In this document: piece after piece, positions 16,407-26,844 of the stretch
How the letters are laid out: every line of letters begins with the position of its first letter
Numbering within the stretch: position 1 is the stretch's first letter
Sequence record: OR413578.1
Length of the DNA stretch: 64,000 bases
Direction: 5' to 3' (one strand)
Made by a program: the position numbers and the translations under genes
Notes under the pieces: model-generated
Seen by the model: only the letters and a program-made list of their open reading frames with translations
Database searches by the model: none
Told to the model about the DNA's origin: nothing

Positions 16407-17920
16407 TGAAAGACGTCGACGTAGCGGTTATTTATACCGATGGTAGTCATACTGAGTCCCCGAAAGGTTCGGGGGCTGGTATTCATGGTTATTTATTCAA
16501 CAACGGAGATTTGGAAGACAGTCAGGCTTATAGCCATCCGGGTGTTTCAGAACGGATTACCACTGTTGGATACAAAAAAGTGCCGCAGGATGTGAAGTCT
16601 CCGGAGTTGCCGGACACCGTTCAATTTGTCGACGCCGTTATTCCCGTTCCGAAAGAGTTCTACTCAGATGTGGGCGAGTTAATCGCCTTCATCACGTTGT
16701 TTGAGAACGCGCCCTTCCGCGCGAAGAACTATATCATCTACGTGGATGCCAGTTACGTTGTAAACACTTTTAACGAGTGGATAGACGGGTGGCATAAACG
16801 TGGTTGGGTTCGTGCTGACGGTACTCCGCTGGCGAACAAAGAACTTATTGTTCGTATCTGGGAAATCAAACAGCAGATGAAAAAAGAAGGACGGGGTGTT
16901 AAGGTTATCAAAATCAAAGGACACTCCGGGCACTACGGTAACGACCGGGCGGACGAATTGGCTAGAAAAGGTTCAGCTATCACCGCGACCAACGACGGTG
17001 TCCCATATCAGCCATACTGGTCGAAGGATGATTTGCCTGCATCCGCGGAACCCGAGCCCATCGCCGCTGGGATGAACCTTGCGGCATATCCGCCGATTTG
17101 TACGGTTAAATATTGCTATCCGTTGGTGAACGAGGACCATCCTACTGTAAAAGTGAAAGATGAAACTTTCTATTACATGTTTGGTGGCAACCATGCAAAG
17201 AACAAGGACGACTTGGTGTTTATTGGGAAAATGATTCCTGATGCACACTTTTCCGTAATGTTCACTAAACAACCGTGGGATAACATCTACACGATTGTAA
17301 ACAATCACGCCGCCCTGGCATGGAAAGATACACCGAAGATGCGGCAGTATGATCCAATCGGCGTTGTTAACAATGAGTTCGTTAAACGTAAGAAGTTCGT
17401 TGACGTGGCAGGTGATGGATTACCGGCAGACAAGATGCATTTCAGTGGAGAAGATTCCAATGTCTGGTTCTTTGAAGACCTGGCCATCTCCAGAATGCTT
17501 CGCCCGCCCTTATTGTCGTACCGTGCGCTGGATATTCGTGACGAACTCGCTACAACGTTGCGAGATGTTCTGCATCAGGAAAAGGGTTATGTCTTAAACG
17601 ACATTACCGACTTGCTATTCGACGACAAAGGTAAACCTGTCAAGGAATACTACCGTAGCGTCGATAAGTCAATAACGTTAAAGATTGACTTTCCGATGGG
17701 TAAACGACCTGTCTCGGTTATTTTGACTCGCGGTATCGATATTCCATCGCGTACGGAAATCAACCGTATTAAAGAACCGGAAGGCCGTTATTACATCGCG
17801 GTGTGTCGTCCTGAAAAATACTACATCCGTTACTTCTTAATCTATATCGGTAAAGAGTATCATGGGTTGTGGTGTGCGTATTACGCAAACCGTCGCATAC
17901 TGCGAGAAGAAGAGGTGTAA
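16406..17920 (+). CDS. rnhA: Ribonuclease HI with a long C-terminal extension
   Basis: IYTDGS, VGELIA, YVDASYV, WIDGWHKRGW, KIKGHSGHYGNDRADELA. Confidence 0.93.
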   Translation: MKDVDVAVIYTDGSHTESPKGSGAGIHGYLFNNGDLEDSQAYSHPGVSERITTVGYKKVPQDVKSPELPDTVQFVDAVIPVPKEFYSDVGELIAFITLFENAPFRAKNYIIYVDASYVVNTFNEWIDGWHKRGWVRADGTPLANKELIVRIWEIKQQMKKEGRGVKVIKIKGHSGHYGNDRADELARKGSAITATNDGVPYQPYWSKDDLPASAEPEPIAAGMNLAAYPPICTVKYCYPLVNEDHPTVKVKDETFYYMFGGNHAKNKDDLVFIGKMIPDAHFSVMFTKQPWDNIYTIVNNHAALAWKDTPKMRQYDPIGVVNNEFVKRKKFVDVAGDGLPADKMHFSGEDSNVWFFEDLAISRMLRPPLLSYRALDIRDELATTLRDVLHQEKGYVLNDITDLLFDDKGKPVKEYYRSVDKSITLKIDFPMGKRPVSVILTRGIDIPSRTEINRIKEPEGRYYIAVCRPEKYYIRYFLIYIGKEYHGLWCAYYANRRILREEEV

Positions 17921-17921
17921 C

Positions 17922-18662
17922 ATGTTGCGAGTCGTGAGTGAATCGCTCACGCTCCACACACAAAGTCTGATTAACTGTGTGGAGCAATACGGATGGATGT
18001 CGTGGATGGCAACGAACCGTGAGTTCGGTGCTGCGCCCATGGAAGATTACGACGTGTTGTACAAGTGGGGATTTGAAGCGGCTTGTGATGTTGTGGCAGA
18101 GCTGGTTACCGAAACAATTGCGCGTTACAATGCAAGATGTGACGAACCGATGCCTAAACAAGTCCCGCCGCAAATACCTCCGCTACCGACAATCGATCGT
18201 GAGCAGTGTCGTATCTGGACAATGGAAGAGTTGTACGACGAACACGTTAGAATGCTGAAACCGAACGAGCTAATAACCGGTGCGTTGAACTGGTTCTTAC
18301 ATCGTTTCTGGACAGAGTTGGTCGATGTGGCAGGTGACGAAGATAATTGTTCTCAGGTTATTTGGTACGATCGAGCGATGTTTCATCGCAGTCTTAAAGA
18401 TCGCAGTCTCTGCAACCTGTATATTGTTGACCCGTGTGAAGACATTGTAAAGGTTGCAGAAGGTAACTCTTATTCCGACTTGGTGATGCCCGTGGTAGAA
18501 AAACCGATGGGTATTTTCCTGCAGGGAGACGCTTGGGTTTTAACGGATGATATCTCGGGCTACCTGCTGGACCCGGATGACATTCACTCGGACGAACCTG
18601 ATACCATCGAGTATTTTCACTTTACAGAACAGGCAGCACGCTTCTTGCATCTCTTAAAGTAA
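17922..18662 (+). CDS. Hypothetical protein
   Basis: ATG 17922 after GAGGT. Confidence 0.8.
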   Translation: MLRVVSESLTLHTQSLINCVEQYGWMSWMATNREFGAAPMEDYDVLYKWGFEAACDVVAELVTETIARYNARCDEPMPKQVPPQIPPLPTIDREQCRIWTMEELYDEHVRMLKPNELITGALNWFLHRFWTELVDVAGDEDNCSQVIWYDRAMFHRSLKDRSLCNLYIVDPCEDIVKVAEGNSYSDLVMPVVEKPMGIFLQGDAWVLTDDISGYLLDPDDIHSDEPDTIEYFHFTEQAARFLHLLK

Positions 18663-18690
18663 TCTGAGATAGATATTATCTACAGGGACG
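18663..18690 (+). promoter_or_regulatory. Early promoter motif
   Basis: TCTGAGATAGATATTATCTACAGGGACG. Confidence 0.65.
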
Positions 18691-18715
18691 TAACCTTAAG
18701 GAGAATTTATTCACG

Positions 18716-19450
18716 ATGCTTAAAGTCGAAGTGCCAGTGCTTTTAAACCTCACGCCCCAGTTCTTTGAAGCGTTGTTCGAAAAGCATTGGCCCGCGTTCG
18801 CGAAGAACGAACTAAAGGATAACCCACAGTGGTATCCACTGCGCGATGAATTCAAGTACACAGCCATCAACGTCTGTATAGAAGTCTTCACTGCGTGGTT
18901 ACAAGAGATGTACGACTGCATCAACACCGAACGGTTGTTCACGCTAGAACATGTAGAGATTAATGTTGTTGACGTCTACGAAGGTTACACCTACGAAGAA
19001 GGCATTACTGCCACGGGGTTAAGCCAACAAGACGTTGAAGAACAAATCTTTGCGTGGATCGAGTGGTTCACGGAAAAGTTGATGCTGGCTGATTTTGTCA
19101 CGCAGGTGGAAGATGTATTCATCCCAATGTACGAGCGGTTAGCTGAGATACGTCGTAACCATCGTCTGCTCGGTTACTGGTATGACACTTATACCACCTC
19201 CTCAACATTGTGGTCTTCCGCTACCGCCGCATTTGGCATAACTGAAGGCGATTACGATGTCATTCATTCCGGTCCTTGGCAGTATGGTTTCGGCACCCTG
19301 TGGCACGAGCTGACCGATGCCATGTGTCTGGACTTTTATCTGTGTGGAGGTAAGTTTTACACGGATAACTGCGTGAGCCAAATTCCGAATGGTGCGATGG
19401 TGGTGATGTGTCGCATCCGTAAAGAAGTCGCTGAGAAACTAAACTACTGA
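18716..19450 (+). CDS. Hypothetical acidic protein
   Basis: 244 aa, AAGGAG RBS. Confidence 0.85.
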   Translation: MLKVEVPVLLNLTPQFFEALFEKHWPAFAKNELKDNPQWYPLRDEFKYTAINVCIEVFTAWLQEMYDCINTERLFTLEHVEINVVDVYEGYTYEEGITATGLSQQDVEEQIFAWIEWFTEKLMLADFVTQVEDVFIPMYERLAEIRRNHRLLGYWYDTYTTSSTLWSSATAAFGITEGDYDVIHSGPWQYGFGTLWHELTDAMCLDFYLCGGKFYTDNCVSQIPNGAMVVMCRIRKEVAEKLNY

Positions 19451-19463
19451 AGGAGTATTTAAA

Positions 19464-19841
19464 ATGACGCAAGACGAATTTGAAACGATGGTAAAACAGT
19501 ATTACAAAGAAGGTGTGATTCTCTATATTGTCGAACCGGGACAAGAAGCCTGGTTAAATAAAGCAACGCTGAGTGTCGCTATTCGTGGAGAAGTGACAGT
19601 AGAGATGCGCAATATGGCACGTCTTATTCGCGATACTGCGATTACTGGCGGTAAACTGGTGTCTCTTGCGCATTTCAGAACACAGGGTCGCGATCAGGTA
19701 TCGCTGGATGCTGAAGTTGATGTCGTTGCTACTGTTGGTTTTGATTTAGATGGTCTTCCAGGCTCGAACCTTGTCGTGATTAAGAAATGGCGTGGATACG
19801 ATGCAATCCCATCGCCAGGGGTGTGGCCGGCAACCAACTAG
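19464..19841 (+). CDS. Hypothetical protein
   Basis: 125 aa, AAGGAG RBS. Confidence 0.85.
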   Translation: MTQDEFETMVKQYYKEGVILYIVEPGQEAWLNKATLSVAIRGEVTVEMRNMARLIRDTAITGGKLVSLAHFRTQGRDQVSLDAEVDVVATVGFDLDGLPGSNLVVIKKWRGYDAIPSPGVWPATN

Positions 19842-19852
19842 AGGTGGTCGCT

Positions 19853-20260
19853 ATGTTAAAGGTGTATAGCGAGTCATTGATGGACTTGCAAGAGTATCTA
19901 AAGCATGTGGAAATTAACGGCAACCGTGGAATGATATACTCCATGGTTGTCGAGATTTTAATTAAAATCGTGCTTGTTTCATTCCACGTAGCAGAAAACG
20001 GCACTGCTGCACCAGGAGATGTTTATAAAGGCGTTATTAAGCATCTTAGCGAGCGCTACAGTTGTTTACGTGAACCGGATATCTTTAATGAGGTGCAGCG
20101 TGTTGTGTTGCTTATCCTCGACAACCGTGAAGATTTGGCGTACAAGCTTGCGCGTGAATTGGCAGATACGTCACAGCACGGCGGACAACTGAAATATAAC
20201 GTTGTGGATCTCGTAGCGTGCAGATACTGGTATACGCAGCCCGAGTTAAGTAACTTTTAA
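19853..20260 (+). CDS. Hypothetical protein
   Basis: ATG 19853 after GAGGT. Confidence 0.8.
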   Translation: MLKVYSESLMDLQEYLKHVEINGNRGMIYSMVVEILIKIVLVSFHVAENGTAAPGDVYKGVIKHLSERYSCLREPDIFNEVQRVVLLILDNREDLAYKLARELADTSQHGGQLKYNVVDLVACRYWYTQPELSNF

Positions 20261-20270
20261 GGAGCATTAG

Positions 20271-20810
20271 ATGCAAATCGTAATTGACTTCGCTCTGTCG
20301 GAGTCGAGACGTCAGCTAGATGAAATTCTGTTAGGATTAAAACGTGACGTGGAATTTGAACTTCACGATGCGTTGGCCGTCCACGAAAATCGTTTGTCTG
20401 ACGAAATGGGTTCAGGCGTAGATGTGGCTATCTGTGACACTGGGGATATGGTAAATCAGCTTATTGAACGTATGTTCACGCGGCTGCGTAACATTCTGAA
20501 CTATCCCCATCGTTTTGAACTGGTAGAAGGGACGGACCAAATCACCGACTTATTGAGTGAAGCCTTTGATAAGGTTGGTGAATCTCTGGCGGGGTTACAT
20601 CAAGAGAACCTGGGCGAGACATATGTTGCTGTGGTCATTAACGGGCAATCATCGAACGTTACGGACACGGTAACATGGTCTGATATCGTTGACCAGCCAA
20701 TCATTGACAAAATCACCAAGTTGTATCGTGAAGCAGAAATGAAAGTGCTGGCTATCTGTCGCCGTGAGTTGTTATACCTCGGCGAGAAATATGGGAAACC
20801 TGTTGAATGA
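20271..20810 (+). CDS. Hypothetical helical acidic protein (paralog of the next gene)
   Basis: 179 aa, AAGGAG RBS. Confidence 0.85.
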   Translation: MQIVIDFALSESRRQLDEILLGLKRDVEFELHDALAVHENRLSDEMGSGVDVAICDTGDMVNQLIERMFTRLRNILNYPHRFELVEGTDQITDLLSEAFDKVGESLAGLHQENLGETYVAVVINGQSSNVTDTVTWSDIVDQPIIDKITKLYREAEMKVLAICRRELLYLGEKYGKPVE

Positions 20811-21349
20811 AAATATTCATTGATTTACTCGATGACGAATTTCGTGAAATATTTCCAGCGGCGTTGTTCGAGTTTAAACGCAAGTGTGAAGACTATCTGA
20901 TACCGAAGAATATCGATCGTCAGCACCTCGCTGGGCTTATCTCTGCAGCGTATGTCAATATCGCGGTAAATGAAGTTCATCAACTCGCGCAACGTATTGC
21001 GTGTTTCGAATACAACGACGAAGACATTGAAGACGGCTTCCTGCAGTCTAAGATGGGTCGCTTCTCACTCGAACTCAAGACCGATGAGGTTATTGATAAG
21101 GTCGGTAAAGCCTTTGATGAAATGAAGGACATCGAAATGATGATTAAGATGTCTGGACCGGAAGCAGGTCCATTGAAAGAAGCGTGGGAACATCTCAACC
21201 GCGACGAGTATAAAGAGATGTACATGGGTGAGTTCACCACCATGCTACGTCACCTCGAAGCACAGGTCTGGGAGCATATCGTTTCACGTCTGAAAGAAAT
21301 ACTGATTGTGGTCGAGCCAATGCAGCCTCTTGCTATCAGTAAATTCTAA
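20807..21349 (+). CDS. Hypothetical helical acidic protein (paralog of the previous gene)
   Basis: 180 aa, ATGA coupling. Confidence 0.85.
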   Translation: MKIFIDLLDDEFREIFPAALFEFKRKCEDYLIPKNIDRQHLAGLISAAYVNIAVNEVHQLAQRIACFEYNDEDIEDGFLQSKMGRFSLELKTDEVIDKVGKAFDEMKDIEMMIKMSGPEAGPLKEAWEHLNRDEYKEMYMGEFTTMLRHLEAQVWEHIVSRLKEILIVVEPMQPLAISKF

Positions 21350-21358
21350 ATCGGTCCG

Positions 21359-21411
21359 AAATAAAATAAAGCCTACCCACTCCCGTAGGGGGAGTGGGTA
21401 CTGCTTACTTT
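21359..21411. terminator. Bidirectional terminator
   Basis: A tract, TACCCACTCCC/GGGAGTGGGTA stem, T tract. Confidence 0.8.
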
Positions 21412-22167
21412 TTATTTTTTGTTTGCTTTCAGGGTCTTGAGGCGATCACCGGTTACGTTCAGGCATTCTGTCAGTTCATTAATCTGTTTCATAAACAGTC
21501 CGAAGAGCTCAACCCAGTCAGCACCCATGTCAGCCATTTTCACTAACTCTGCCGCCACATTAGGATGGACTTGTGAATTAGAGATAATGTCTACAGAGAC
21601 GTTGATGCTTTCAACTGTACGGTCAATACCTTTCTGGAGTTTCTTAGTCACTTCCAGGTTCAGCGCTTTGGCACGATTAAACGCAACGTCAATCTCACCT
21701 GCACTGTGGTAGGTCTTTTCAATCGCACGCTGGTCGATCACATTGTTGGTGTACGACTTCGCCAGTTTTTCAACCAGGTCTTTCGGATTGATGTTTTTCA
21801 GTGGATAGTTCAGGTCTTTGAACTTAAACCCAATCGGCAGAGTTAACATGCCCAGGTCGTGTGTCATCGCGCCGAAACGTTTGTCGATGGGACTTAAAAC
21901 CCCTTCCTGAATCTTCTGGAGCACAGCCCATACAGATTCCAACCGTTCTATGTGGTCCATCACATACGTGTTGAAGCCCGGTGGTACGGGTACAAGCATT
22001 CCGGTAAAGTTTAAAAACTTCTCTTGCTGCATCCACTTGGACACATCAGACATGTCGTCATAGGTGGTCAGCGCGAGTTCCTGTTGAGAGCCGCTAAAGG
22101 CTTTAGGCAGAATCGTGGATGCTTTGGCAACAAAGCCCGACAACGCTGCAAGTGGATTAACATTCAT
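21412..22167 (-). CDS. Probable virion head protein (SPN3US gp214-like)
   Basis: 251-aa ORF; size and synteny as recalled. Confidence 0.65.
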   Translation of the reverse strand: MNVNPLAALSGFVAKASTILPKAFSGSQQELALTTYDDMSDVSKWMQQEKFLNFTGMLVPVPPGFNTYVMDHIERLESVWAVLQKIQEGVLSPIDKRFGAMTHDLGMLTLPIGFKFKDLNYPLKNINPKDLVEKLAKSYTNNVIDQRAIEKTYHSAGEIDVAFNRAKALNLEVTKKLQKGIDRTVESINVSVDIISNSQVHPNVAAELVKMADMGADWVELFGLFMKQINELTECLNVTGDRLKTLKANKK

Positions 22168-22265
22168 TCTATCAACCTCGAATATATAAGGGATTGGGCT
22201 ACATAGTAAGTCTTTTACGTATCACCCAAACCTTATGTACGAGAACTGCAAAAAGGTAACATCTG

Positions 22266-22565
22266 ATGAGAATCAAATTACTGACTCGCGCTTTAACCTC
22301 TCGTATCGAACCTGAGATTTACACCACCCCGACGAAGAAGAATACCGATGGTAGTCCGATCGTGGTTGGTAAAATCCTGAACGTGACCACACGTGCTGAT
22401 GGTCAACGCGTTCTGGAAATCGAAATCGACGAACGTAACCGTAACCGCTTCAAAAGCATTTCTAACATCAATCCTAAGGATGACAACCAAGTCACCGAGT
22501 GGGCAGAAGTGCATTTCGAAGTTTGGCATAAACGTCGTCTGTTACTCCCACTGAAAAAACGCTAA
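22266..22565 (+). CDS. Hypothetical protein
   Basis: 99-aa ORF. Confidence 0.75.
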   Translation: MRIKLLTRALTSRIEPEIYTTPTKKNTDGSPIVVGKILNVTTRADGQRVLEIEIDERNRNRFKSISNINPKDDNQVTEWAEVHFEVWHKRRLLLPLKKR

Positions 22566-22580
22566 TTGACGGAGCGCTAA

Positions 22581-24074
22581 ATGGCAGGTCCAGCTAAACA
22601 AGTCATGGGTGAAGTGATTCGCCCTCGTTTTAACGTATATACCATCATGGACCACGCTCTCGGTAACTACGAGCGCGGGGAAGATGGTTTGTACTACCTC
22701 AACGGTGGTTTTGCCCACATCATGGGCTTCGCAGGTCGTGGGAATACCTTTAAGTCCACCTTATTGGACTTCTGTATTTTCATGATTCTGCAACGTTATA
22801 ATGCAGCCTGGGGATCGAAATACGATACCGAAGTTACGGCAGCATTAAGTCGTCTGGAAACGGGGTACATTTCCGCAGCGAAAGCAAACGGATTAGAAGT
22901 ATCACCAACAGGCGGCGTGCTGGACCTGATCCACGAAGGTCGTTACAACATGGTTGGCTCGGATATCATGGCGGGTGAGGAGTATTACTCTGCTTATATC
23001 CGTGACGAAGTCGAAAAACGTTTCAAAGAGTACATGGCTGGTAAGGCACGCGAAACACCGTTCCCGGACCCAATCCGTCGCTCTGCGAAAAAGATTCTCG
23101 ACCCGTGGTTGTACTCGATTGACTCCCTGTCCGAATGGCACACTTCTTCCCTGGAAGAGAAACATGCCAAATCAGAAGTCGGTGATTCTGAACAGAACAT
23201 CCTGAACGCCCACGATGCGTTGCAGAAATCGAACATGATGAGCCGTTGGCCGTCTGCGTTTGCGCGTGGTGGTTTCTATATGGGCTTCGTTGCTCAGTTG
23301 GCCGACGATGCGGGTAAAGCAATGGCGGCAGGTGGCCGTGGTGGACCGAAGGCGAACGGTAAACTGTTGGACGATGCAGGCGATGATCTGAAGTTTGCGG
23401 GTATCCCGCGCCGTCAGTTGTCGTTCTTAACTAACTCCCTGCTGGTTGCAACCAAGTCTGGTGAGTTGAAGCAGGATCAGACTTACAACGCGAAGACCGG
23501 TGTAAACGAAGAGAAATACCCGACTGCGCGTTCGAAAGCAATGAATGCTTCGGTGAACGACCTGAAAGAAATTGTTTTCACGCAGTACCGTGCGAAGGGT
23601 GGTCACACAGGCGTTAAGTTCAAAATGGTCTTCTCGCAGGAGATGGGTCTGCTTTATCACCTCTCTCTGTGGCATTACCTGAGCGACACACTGAAAGATG
23701 AATGGGGCTACAAACGTAGTGGTGCTAACTATACCCTCGATTTGCTACCTGGTACATCTTTCATGCGTACCACGATTCGCGACATGTGTGACAGCAACCC
23801 GCGTTTGCGCCGTGCGTTGGAAATCACCGCCGCACTAGCGTACATGCAGAATAACTACCACCGACTGGAAATGAAGTACCATCTCTCACCGGCGGAGCTT
23901 TATAAAGTTATCGACGAAAAGTGGGACTGGAATGAAATTCTGGACAATACAGTGGAATACTGGATGTTCAAGGATCAGGAAGTCAAAGGTGGTAAGCGTT
24001 GCTTAACAGCAATGTCATTACTGGCGATGGCCGTGGATGGTCTGGAACCTAAGTTCTTGACTAAGAAGAAATAA
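22581..24074 (+). CDS. RecA/UvsX-like recombinase of phiKZ-type phages
   Basis: Walker A-like GFAGRGNTFKST, KYDTE, Walker B-like YSIDSLS; upstream of the RNAP beta C-terminal gene as in phiKZ-like phages. Confidence 0.75.
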   Translation: MAGPAKQVMGEVIRPRFNVYTIMDHALGNYERGEDGLYYLNGGFAHIMGFAGRGNTFKSTLLDFCIFMILQRYNAAWGSKYDTEVTAALSRLETGYISAAKANGLEVSPTGGVLDLIHEGRYNMVGSDIMAGEEYYSAYIRDEVEKRFKEYMAGKARETPFPDPIRRSAKKILDPWLYSIDSLSEWHTSSLEEKHAKSEVGDSEQNILNAHDALQKSNMMSRWPSAFARGGFYMGFVAQLADDAGKAMAAGGRGGPKANGKLLDDAGDDLKFAGIPRRQLSFLTNSLLVATKSGELKQDQTYNAKTGVNEEKYPTARSKAMNASVNDLKEIVFTQYRAKGGHTGVKFKMVFSQEMGLLYHLSLWHYLSDTLKDEWGYKRSGANYTLDLLPGTSFMRTTIRDMCDSNPRLRRALEITAALAYMQNNYHRLEMKYHLSPAELYKVIDEKWDWNEILDNTVEYWMFKDQEVKGGKRCLTAMSLLAMAVDGLEPKFLTKKK

Positions 24075-24120
24075 GCATGGGCGGGGCAACCCGCCTGTTT
24101 TTTCCCCCTGAGGATTAGCG

Positions 24121-24396
24121 ATGCGTTATCAGAAAGATATTGTAGAGCGTCTGTGTCTGGGTCTCGCTGGTATTAGCCAGGAACTTAGCACCGCGTTCCA
24201 TAACGAGTTCTCAGCACCGCGACATGCACTGTCTGAATTTAGTCATCAGGTAAATGCCCATTACGGCAACCTGATTAATGATAAACCGAAGGTTGATGCG
24301 GTCGGTGTGCCTGAACACAATGAAGATATCCCGTACTGGATTGAAGACCTGGAACGTGTGGTTCTTCCAGTGCTCCGTGAGAGGATGAAAAAATGA
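24121..24396 (+). CDS. Hypothetical protein
   Basis: 91 aa, GAGGA RBS. Confidence 0.8.
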   Translation: MRYQKDIVERLCLGLAGISQELSTAFHNEFSAPRHALSEFSHQVNAHYGNLINDKPKVDAVGVPEHNEDIPYWIEDLERVVLPVLRERMKK

Positions 24397-25061
24397 GATT
24401 AGACCCGGCACGGCGAAAAAAAGCAGAAGCTTATGCTTTACAGTTACTGAACTTAGTTGACCCGACCGGGATTAACGCGGAAGCTGCCAAGCGCGCTTTC
24501 TCACGAATGTCTGACGAAGAGTTCAATCGTCTGCGCGAAGGGTTGCCTGTTTACAACCCAACTGGCGGCAAGGTCAAAATTGACCATATGCGCAATATTA
24601 AAATTTGCGAAGCGATGGGACTGAACTTGTGTCAGCGCCTGTGGCTCACGGAACCGAAAACCGGTATCCTACAGCGTACCCGTTACCCCCATTTAGTCTT
24701 CCGGCTACCTGCACGTCGCCAGACGCAGATGCAAGAGAAGAAAATGGCGGTGGCGAAGAACGATAAAGTCCGCGATAAACTCTCAGGTCAGGTAGTAGGG
24801 CCTTCCAAAGCTTCGGGTGTTTCGTTTCCAGAAGCGTACATCATGTACTCGGATGGACACGACTCAACGCTCCAGGAGTTCCTGTGGGCGCGTGGTGGTA
24901 ACGATACGTTACAACGTGCGTTCTATCAATCGCTACGGCAAACCGGTAAAGGTCGCATCAACCTGGAAGGGGCTGAGCGTACCAGTTCAAAAGCGCCGCG
25001 TACATGGTCTTCGTACTTTAAAGCAATGCACATCGGTAACAACTTAGGACGCCCGGAATGA
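24393..25061 (+). CDS. rpoB: Virion RNA polymerase beta subunit, C-terminal fragment (SPN3US gp218 / phiKZ gp149-like)
   Basis: RYPHLVFRLPARRQTQMQEKK, RDKLSGQV, ASGVSFPEAYIM correspond to the RpoB C-terminal H..DDK.HAR / GQRFGEME region. Confidence 0.75.
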   Translation: MRLDPARRKKAEAYALQLLNLVDPTGINAEAAKRAFSRMSDEEFNRLREGLPVYNPTGGKVKIDHMRNIKICEAMGLNLCQRLWLTEPKTGILQRTRYPHLVFRLPARRQTQMQEKKMAVAKNDKVRDKLSGQVVGPSKASGVSFPEAYIMYSDGHDSTLQEFLWARGGNDTLQRAFYQSLRQTGKGRINLEGAERTSSKAPRTWSSYFKAMHIGNNLGRPE

Positions 25062-25786
25062 GATTAGGACGCCGTTTCTTAGTCGATATCGACACAATCT
25101 TCGATACACGAATTGGTTGGGCGAAAGTGCTGCAGCCTGATGTATTAGAGAAGCTTGATTTAGAAGTGTATCGGATGCGGTTCACTGATGCGTGGGCCGA
25201 AGTGGTAGGAATTCAGGACTGGAATAAAAAGTTCGCGGAGCGTGATAAACGCGCGTTGCAGAACGCGCAGCCAACAGAAATGTTGCTTACGCTAAAGAAC
25301 GAAGTACAGGCAATGTTAATGACGATACAGATGCACGCTCCTATCGAGCGGCCAGTCTTAACGTTTAACCTGTGGCCATACGCTGATCTCGATGATGAAG
25401 AACGTCATGCGTTTTTGGAAGAGCTGCGTTACTATTATAACGAAGTGCAAGTAGACGTCGTTGTTATTCCTCACAGCGATCTTACACCAGGACGACTTGC
25501 TTCGGCGTGGGACGGTTGGATAATGTACGACTGGTACCCGTGGATAGAACAACACGCGGGCCATTTCCAGAAACCGATTCCGGATTTCACCATTACCCGA
25601 CCGAGTATGCTGACCAGCGAATTAACGGAAGAAGCCATCGCGCAAATAAAAAGAGATAAGGTGAACCCCTTTAAGGAGTCCACCCGTTTTCTTGCTCAAT
25701 ACGTCGGTACTGACGTAAAGGACACTGCGCTGTTTAGTCTTCGTCGTCATCAGCAGGACGACGACTCGCAAACGCAGACGCCATGA
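25058..25786 (+). CDS. Conserved jumbo-phage protein with HAD-like DxD start
   Basis: RFLVDIDTIFDTR; ATGA coupling to the RNAP gene. Confidence 0.6.
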   Translation: MRLGRRFLVDIDTIFDTRIGWAKVLQPDVLEKLDLEVYRMRFTDAWAEVVGIQDWNKKFAERDKRALQNAQPTEMLLTLKNEVQAMLMTIQMHAPIERPVLTFNLWPYADLDDEERHAFLEELRYYYNEVQVDVVVIPHSDLTPGRLASAWDGWIMYDWYPWIEQHAGHFQKPIPDFTITRPSMLTSELTEEAIAQIKRDKVNPFKESTRFLAQYVGTDVKDTALFSLRRHQQDDDSQTQTP

Positions 25787-26204
25787 TCTGGTCAACGTCA
25801 ATCTTTTCGCCTACTGGTGCCAACTCACCTTCTTTCGGAGGCCGTACTGCGGCAATCTGTGGGACGGTGGGTTGGTATCCGTTATTTAAATCTTCTTCAT
25901 CGTCGTGACGTTTGATACCAACACCTGCACGGGTCATTAAGAAGCCGTTTAAACTGTTGGCCAAATCTTGAGTCGCCTCAGCGCCTTTCTCAGCAGCTTT
26001 AATTTTCCGCTTCGTCATGACCTGTTTGTCGATGCCGTTGATTAGGCGTTCGATTCGGTCGACGGCTTTTAAGTCTTTGTGTACTTCACCGTCGTTCACC
26101 ATATCCGTGACGAGCTTAACGCGTAGCTGTTGTGTTTGGCGGAGAAGCGAATCTTCGTTGTCCACATCTCCGTCGAACGCTTGGTATTTCACTTCTTCGC
26201 TCAT
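25734..26204 (-). CDS. Hypothetical protein; 3' end overlaps the convergent gene by 53 nt
   Basis: 156-aa ORF with GAGGT RBS on the minus strand. Confidence 0.75.
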   Translation of the reverse strand: MSEEVKYQAFDGDVDNEDSLLRQTQQLRVKLVTDMVNDGEVHKDLKAVDRIERLINGIDKQVMTKRKIKAAEKGAEATQDLANSLNGFLMTRAGVGIKRHDDEEDLNNGYQPTVPQIAAVRPPKEGELAPVGEKIDVDQIMASAFASRRPADDDED

Positions 26205-26220
26205 GGGATAACCTCATCTC

Positions 26221-26255
26221 AAAAAGAACTCAGACAGATATTATCTATCCGAGAC
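26221..26255 (+). promoter_or_regulatory. Early promoter motif
   Basis: AAAAAGAACTCAGACAGATATTATCTATCCGAGAC; upstream part matches 57911 AAAAAGAACTGAGA. Confidence 0.65.
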
Positions 26256-26280
26256 AACATCTCATAATAGGATAACACCT

Positions 26281-26811
26281 ATGCTTTTTAAATGGCTTTC
26301 AACACTCCTGCGTCGTAAGGCTGTAGAAGCTCGCAGACGCTCTTTGGAGGCTGAGTTTCATAAGAATACCCATAACACCCTACACAGAGTGATGGTGGGC
26401 TTAGAACTCATTACAGAGCCTCTGGAATATAATGGGAAAGAATACCTTCCTTTTTCATTGCGTGGACAACTCGAATTACGTATTCGAGATTTTGACACGT
26501 TGGTGGAGCGATTGGAATTCTTCATTTCTGAGTATAACCGTGTATCCAGTAGCAACATTCCCAATCAACGTTGGTTAGAGTTGCCTGAGGCAATCGATAG
26601 AAAAGGAGAGAGTTCAGAACCACGATGGCTTGATCATTATTTCGGTGCATCCGATCCTGAAGTCGCGCGTGATAAACTGCGCACAGTCTTCGCTATGTTA
26701 GAACTGTATCAGCGTGCATTTGATAAACAAACACCCGAACAGGATACGCTGTTTAATCAAACCGCACATATCTTCCGCGAGTTAGAAGTGATAGTGGAAC
26801 ACTATCTCTAA
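26281..26811 (+). CDS. Hypothetical protein
   Basis: 176-aa ORF. Confidence 0.8.
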   Translation: MLFKWLSTLLRRKAVEARRRSLEAEFHKNTHNTLHRVMVGLELITEPLEYNGKEYLPFSLRGQLELRIRDFDTLVERLEFFISEYNRVSSSNIPNQRWLELPEAIDRKGESSEPRWLDHYFGASDPEVARDKLRTVFAMLELYQRAFDKQTPEQDTLFNQTAHIFRELEVIVEHYL

Positions 26812-26844
26812 CTTTTAATCTATTCCCTTGTAACAAGGTGATGT

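Noticed and set aside
22202-22237. TATG on both strands between divergent genes (also 63982-63997 on the minus strand), like phiKZ late promoters
   Set aside because: A 4-mer is too common to call without start-site data
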